Shown here piece after piece: positions 60,826 through 64,000 of a stretch of 64,000 nucleotides of DNA. Every line of letters starts with the position of its first letter. Position 1 is the first letter of the stretch. This DNA comes from Epithemia pelagica (lineage: Eukaryota; Protista; Bacillariophyta). A program made the translations under genes and the position numbers. The notes below the pieces were generated by a model. It worked only from the letters and a program-made list of their open reading frames with translations. It was not told the origin of the DNA and did no database searches. The DNA lies in the NCBI GenBank assembly GCA_946965045.2, contig OX337239.1:310001-374000 (forward strand). The letters are read 5' to 3'.

Positions 60826-61677
60826 ATGACCAGAATCGACTCCTCCTCCTCCTCCTCCTCCTTGAGACCGACAAGGTCATTTGGTTCGAAACCGAGACAA
60901 CACAGGAGAAGACGAAGAAGAATACACGGAACAATGGTACCAGTCGCTTGGATGTTTCTTGTATGCCTCCTGGCCTTTTTGGTACCATGCGTCTCCTCCT
61001 CGACAACGCGGTTCCCTGCCTTGGACGACAATGACGCAACGAAGAAGAACAACCAGAACCACCACGGCCTTTCGGTACGGACCCTCCAACACAATGAGGA
61101 CGACGATGAGCCAATGGTGGATTTAGGCGGTGGTCAGGACGACGAGGACGATAAGGACAAAGACGAGGAGGACGAAAAAGACTTGGACCCCAACAGTTTG
61201 CCCGGTCCTTGTACATGGAAGTACAATTGCAATGGCTTCGAACACGCCTTTCATTGGCTCTTGAAATTGGATCGGAATCAACGGATTCAATTGCACAAAA
61301 TGATTATTCACGATTGGTACTTTTGTTCCCTGGAATCGCATTGTCCCTTGGATTTTGCCGGCGTCAACGCCGATCGCTTGGATTGCCTCGACGTTTTGAC
61401 CCGTCACGGGGCCGGACGAACCTGTCATCATGCATTGGACGAATTGTTGCATCTCATCTTCACCATTCTGAGTCGCAATCACGTGGGAACCGCCTTGGCG
61501 CAAGATTTGTGCGATTGTTTGGCCGAATACTTTACCTTTCGGCAATTTCCCACCCGCAACGTCTACCAACAATGGGATCATCAAGATTTGCGAGAAAACT
61601 TTGTCGCCGATACCATGTACTTTTTGGAAAGCTTTGCCACAGTGGAGGGATGGGATTGCCAGTTTGAAGGAATCTAA
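60826..61677 (+). CDS. Hypothetical secreted or membrane-anchored Cys/His-containing protein
   Basis: Hydrophobic segment, acidic linker and a globular C-domain; the start codon is uncertain. Confidence 0.65.
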   Translation: MTRIDSSSSSSSLRPTRSFGSKPRQHRRRRRRIHGTMVPVAWMFLVCLLAFLVPCVSSSTTRFPALDDNDATKKNNQNHHGLSVRTLQHNEDDDEPMVDLGGGQDDEDDKDKDEEDEKDLDPNSLPGPCTWKYNCNGFEHAFHWLLKLDRNQRIQLHKMIIHDWYFCSLESHCPLDFAGVNADRLDCLDVLTRHGAGRTCHHALDELLHLIFTILSRNHVGTALAQDLCDCLAEYFTFRQFPTRNVYQQWDHQDLRENFVADTMYFLESFATVEGWDCQFEGI

Positions 61678-62805
61678 GTGATACACATTTATATTCTATA
61701 GGTTCGGGGAAACCAACAGGCATCATTTATGCAAGACAAAGCATTGTTGACGTCCCAGCAAGACCTCCTTCACCCACCCAAATATAAATCGAGCGAGAGA
61801 TACCAAACTGCCATGAACACTTGTGTATCCTACAACAACGAACAATACTACTACAGCAAACAGTCGATTCCATAGGAGATTCAGGTTGTTCTGTTCTTGA
61901 TAATTGGAATAATGGATAATGGCCCTATTGATAGATAGACACTCTTTTGAGAAAGCCTTGCTTTAGAACGCTTAGTTCATTCTCTTACTTGTTCAGATAA
62001 GGTTGCCATTGCCAGTTGCCATGGACCGATAATACACACAACAGAACAACATGTTGTTGAAGAAGACTGTCATCCTCATTATCTACTACTCTTATCGACA
62101 CGGGAAAAAAGGTGATACGGTTACTCCGTAGTTTTTACGCTAGTAGAGTAAAGAGCTAGTCTAGCTATGACCCTGTTTCGATATATTATTGAGTATTGAG
62201 TCGGATTCTCCCGCCTTCCTTGTTCCGAGCGCGCATACCGTATCTGTTCTCACAATTTTCATTCCGCAGACAAAGTGGTCAGGAGATATAGCGGAAAAGG
62301 GCTTTTTTTTGTCTTCGTCTCGTCCAAACACACGCTTGGACCGTGGACTCCTCTATTCTGCCGAGAATCGAGGCTCATCGTGTTTCTTCCTAGTGGCCTG
62401 CAAGCGATCCAGAGAATTGAATCAAAAGAGAAAAGGTGGACCCACAAAGCCAAGATTGTGTTTTCATTGAAGCTTTGCTTTCATCGTTGACTCTCAGTTG
62501 AGTTCACTTTGAGCTGGCGTCGAATTTGAGGAACCCTATTCTTTAATGTCCTTGAAAGAGTGGTTGCCTTGGAATAAGGTAAGCGATTCTAAAGCGCTAT
62601 TCCATGTGTTCACACTTGGCTTCTTTCGTGCACACTTACAATGTGCTTGGACTTCCTTACCTCCTTGATTGTGTGTGCAATCGTGCTGGCGTCTCTTTCG
62701 AACTTGTTTTTCTTTCGCTCTTTTTTCAAAGCTTCCACACCAAAGAGTTCCGGCTGCCCAAAGTCAACATCTAAAAAACGATTTCATCGGTTCGGAAAAT
62801 AAGTC

Positions 62806-63924
62806 ATGACGTACTCCACCTCCTTGTCTAACAGAAGAAGTCATGGTATCAAGGTTCTGTTGACCTACCGTAACACCATCATGTCTCTCTGGGCTTTGGT
62901 AATGACTATTCAGGTTACTGTTTTGGTCCGATATACAAACCATCGACTGTCCCTCAGCGTCACTCCCTGGAACACGGAGGCCCTATCTCCTATATGGGAG
63001 ACAACGATGTTACAACCACCACCATCGAGCGAGGAGAAGAAGAAAAAGCTGGTGGTGTTCAATGCGTTGGGTCGTCGGGAGGCCATTCAATACAGTTGGT
63101 TTCACAAGCGACAGCATTTTGCCGATTGGGATTGCATTGCCTTTTTGTACGTCGATGACACGATTGTGCCGGAAGACGACTTTCACTTGATGCAATTGCA
63201 ACAGCCGACCGAGAACGACTCGACGACTTGTACTGTGATTCGAACTCCCAATGTAGCCTGGGGCGTGTTTTTACAATATCTGGCACCGCCCTTGGTACAA
63301 CAATACGAGTACATTGCTGTCATGCTGGACGATGTATTCTTGCCCACAGCTGGGCCTCATCCTGTGCGCATTCCCAAATTGTTGGAGTCTATTGAAAAAT
63401 ACAACTTGTCGTCGATATCACCGAGCATCGTGGGTGGTACCTGGGATGTGATGAATGGCGAATTGGATCTCCATGCAAACTATCAAGGCCGGTCGACACG
63501 GCATTGTTTGGTTCGTCCTTCCATGATTGAAACTTTTTCTCAAATTTTTACCAAACAGAGTTGGCAATGTTATTATTCCTTTTTCCATGCCAGCGCCGGG
63601 CGTGGATGGGGCTTGGATTTTTGTTTTGCGCAGTATTGTGCGGAGCAATCCGCTGGCTTGGCTGTGGATTACAACATGGTTGGGTATCATTTAGAACTCG
63701 TGACGAAGGACAACAGCAGCAGCTGGTTTAATGAAACCCATCAGGCGTTGCTCACAAGTGGTACGAATTTGACATTTCCGACAATCATGCGACAAACGAA
63801 TATGCAGTTTTATAAAAATGATCGAAGGGGACGTGCCCAAAATCTGTATGTGGCCAGACGATACAAGTGTGCCAAATCCAACAATTCTCTCGTTGGTACA
63901 TGGGAATGTCCCAATGACCACTAG
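62806..63924 (+). CDS. DUF707-like type II membrane glycosyltransferase-like protein, 372 aa
   Basis: YEYIAVMLDDV, IETFSQIFTKQSWQCYY and GWGLDFC. Confidence 0.75.
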   Translation: MTYSTSLSNRRSHGIKVLLTYRNTIMSLWALVMTIQVTVLVRYTNHRLSLSVTPWNTEALSPIWETTMLQPPPSSEEKKKKLVVFNALGRREAIQYSWFHKRQHFADWDCIAFLYVDDTIVPEDDFHLMQLQQPTENDSTTCTVIRTPNVAWGVFLQYLAPPLVQQYEYIAVMLDDVFLPTAGPHPVRIPKLLESIEKYNLSSISPSIVGGTWDVMNGELDLHANYQGRSTRHCLVRPSMIETFSQIFTKQSWQCYYSFFHASAGRGWGLDFCFAQYCAEQSAGLAVDYNMVGYHLELVTKDNSSSWFNETHQALLTSGTNLTFPTIMRQTNMQFYKNDRRGRAQNLYVARRYKCAKSNNSLVGTWECPNDH

Positions 63925-64000
63925 CACGATACGGCTTTTTTGAATGAGGTCGATGAGGATTCTCCTGAAAGATACTGTCCTACCTTGTTATATTCCTGCG

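Noticed and set aside
1-64000. Bacterial or viral origin of the window
   Set aside because: Multiple spliceosomal introns that restore conserved motifs, and eukaryote-specific gene families.

Overview
Eukaryotic nuclear DNA, most likely a diatom-type stramenopile. This is inferred from 78-179 nt GT-AG introns, a bipartite-looking leader on the ABC transporter and a Copia-type PBS; no species is claimed. I recognised no rRNA, tRNA or CRISPR. The window mixes intact genes (ThrE-family exporter, ABCD transporter, FAM173-type methyltransferase, DUF1749 hydrolase, DUF707 protein) with accessory DNA. The accessory part has five Kelch genes with patchwork identity, two RNI-like LRR genes, a Crinkler-like nuclease-kinase pseudogene and a field of gene fragments in the first 11 kb. 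Three structures stand out. (1) A Copia-type LTR remnant with a 5-bp TSD (26965-29314) splits an LRR gene and contains an antisense, intronless importin-alpha copy where pol and most of the 3' LTR should be. (2) A 2865-bp PIF/Harbinger-group transposon has two divergent genes separated by concentric palindromes centred within 1 bp of the element midpoint. (3) A roughly 0.55-kb non-coding cluster of reiterated hairpins (5210-5780) lies next to an ORF carrying an HMGN-like RRSARL motif. All family assignments come from motif recognition by eye, not database searches.
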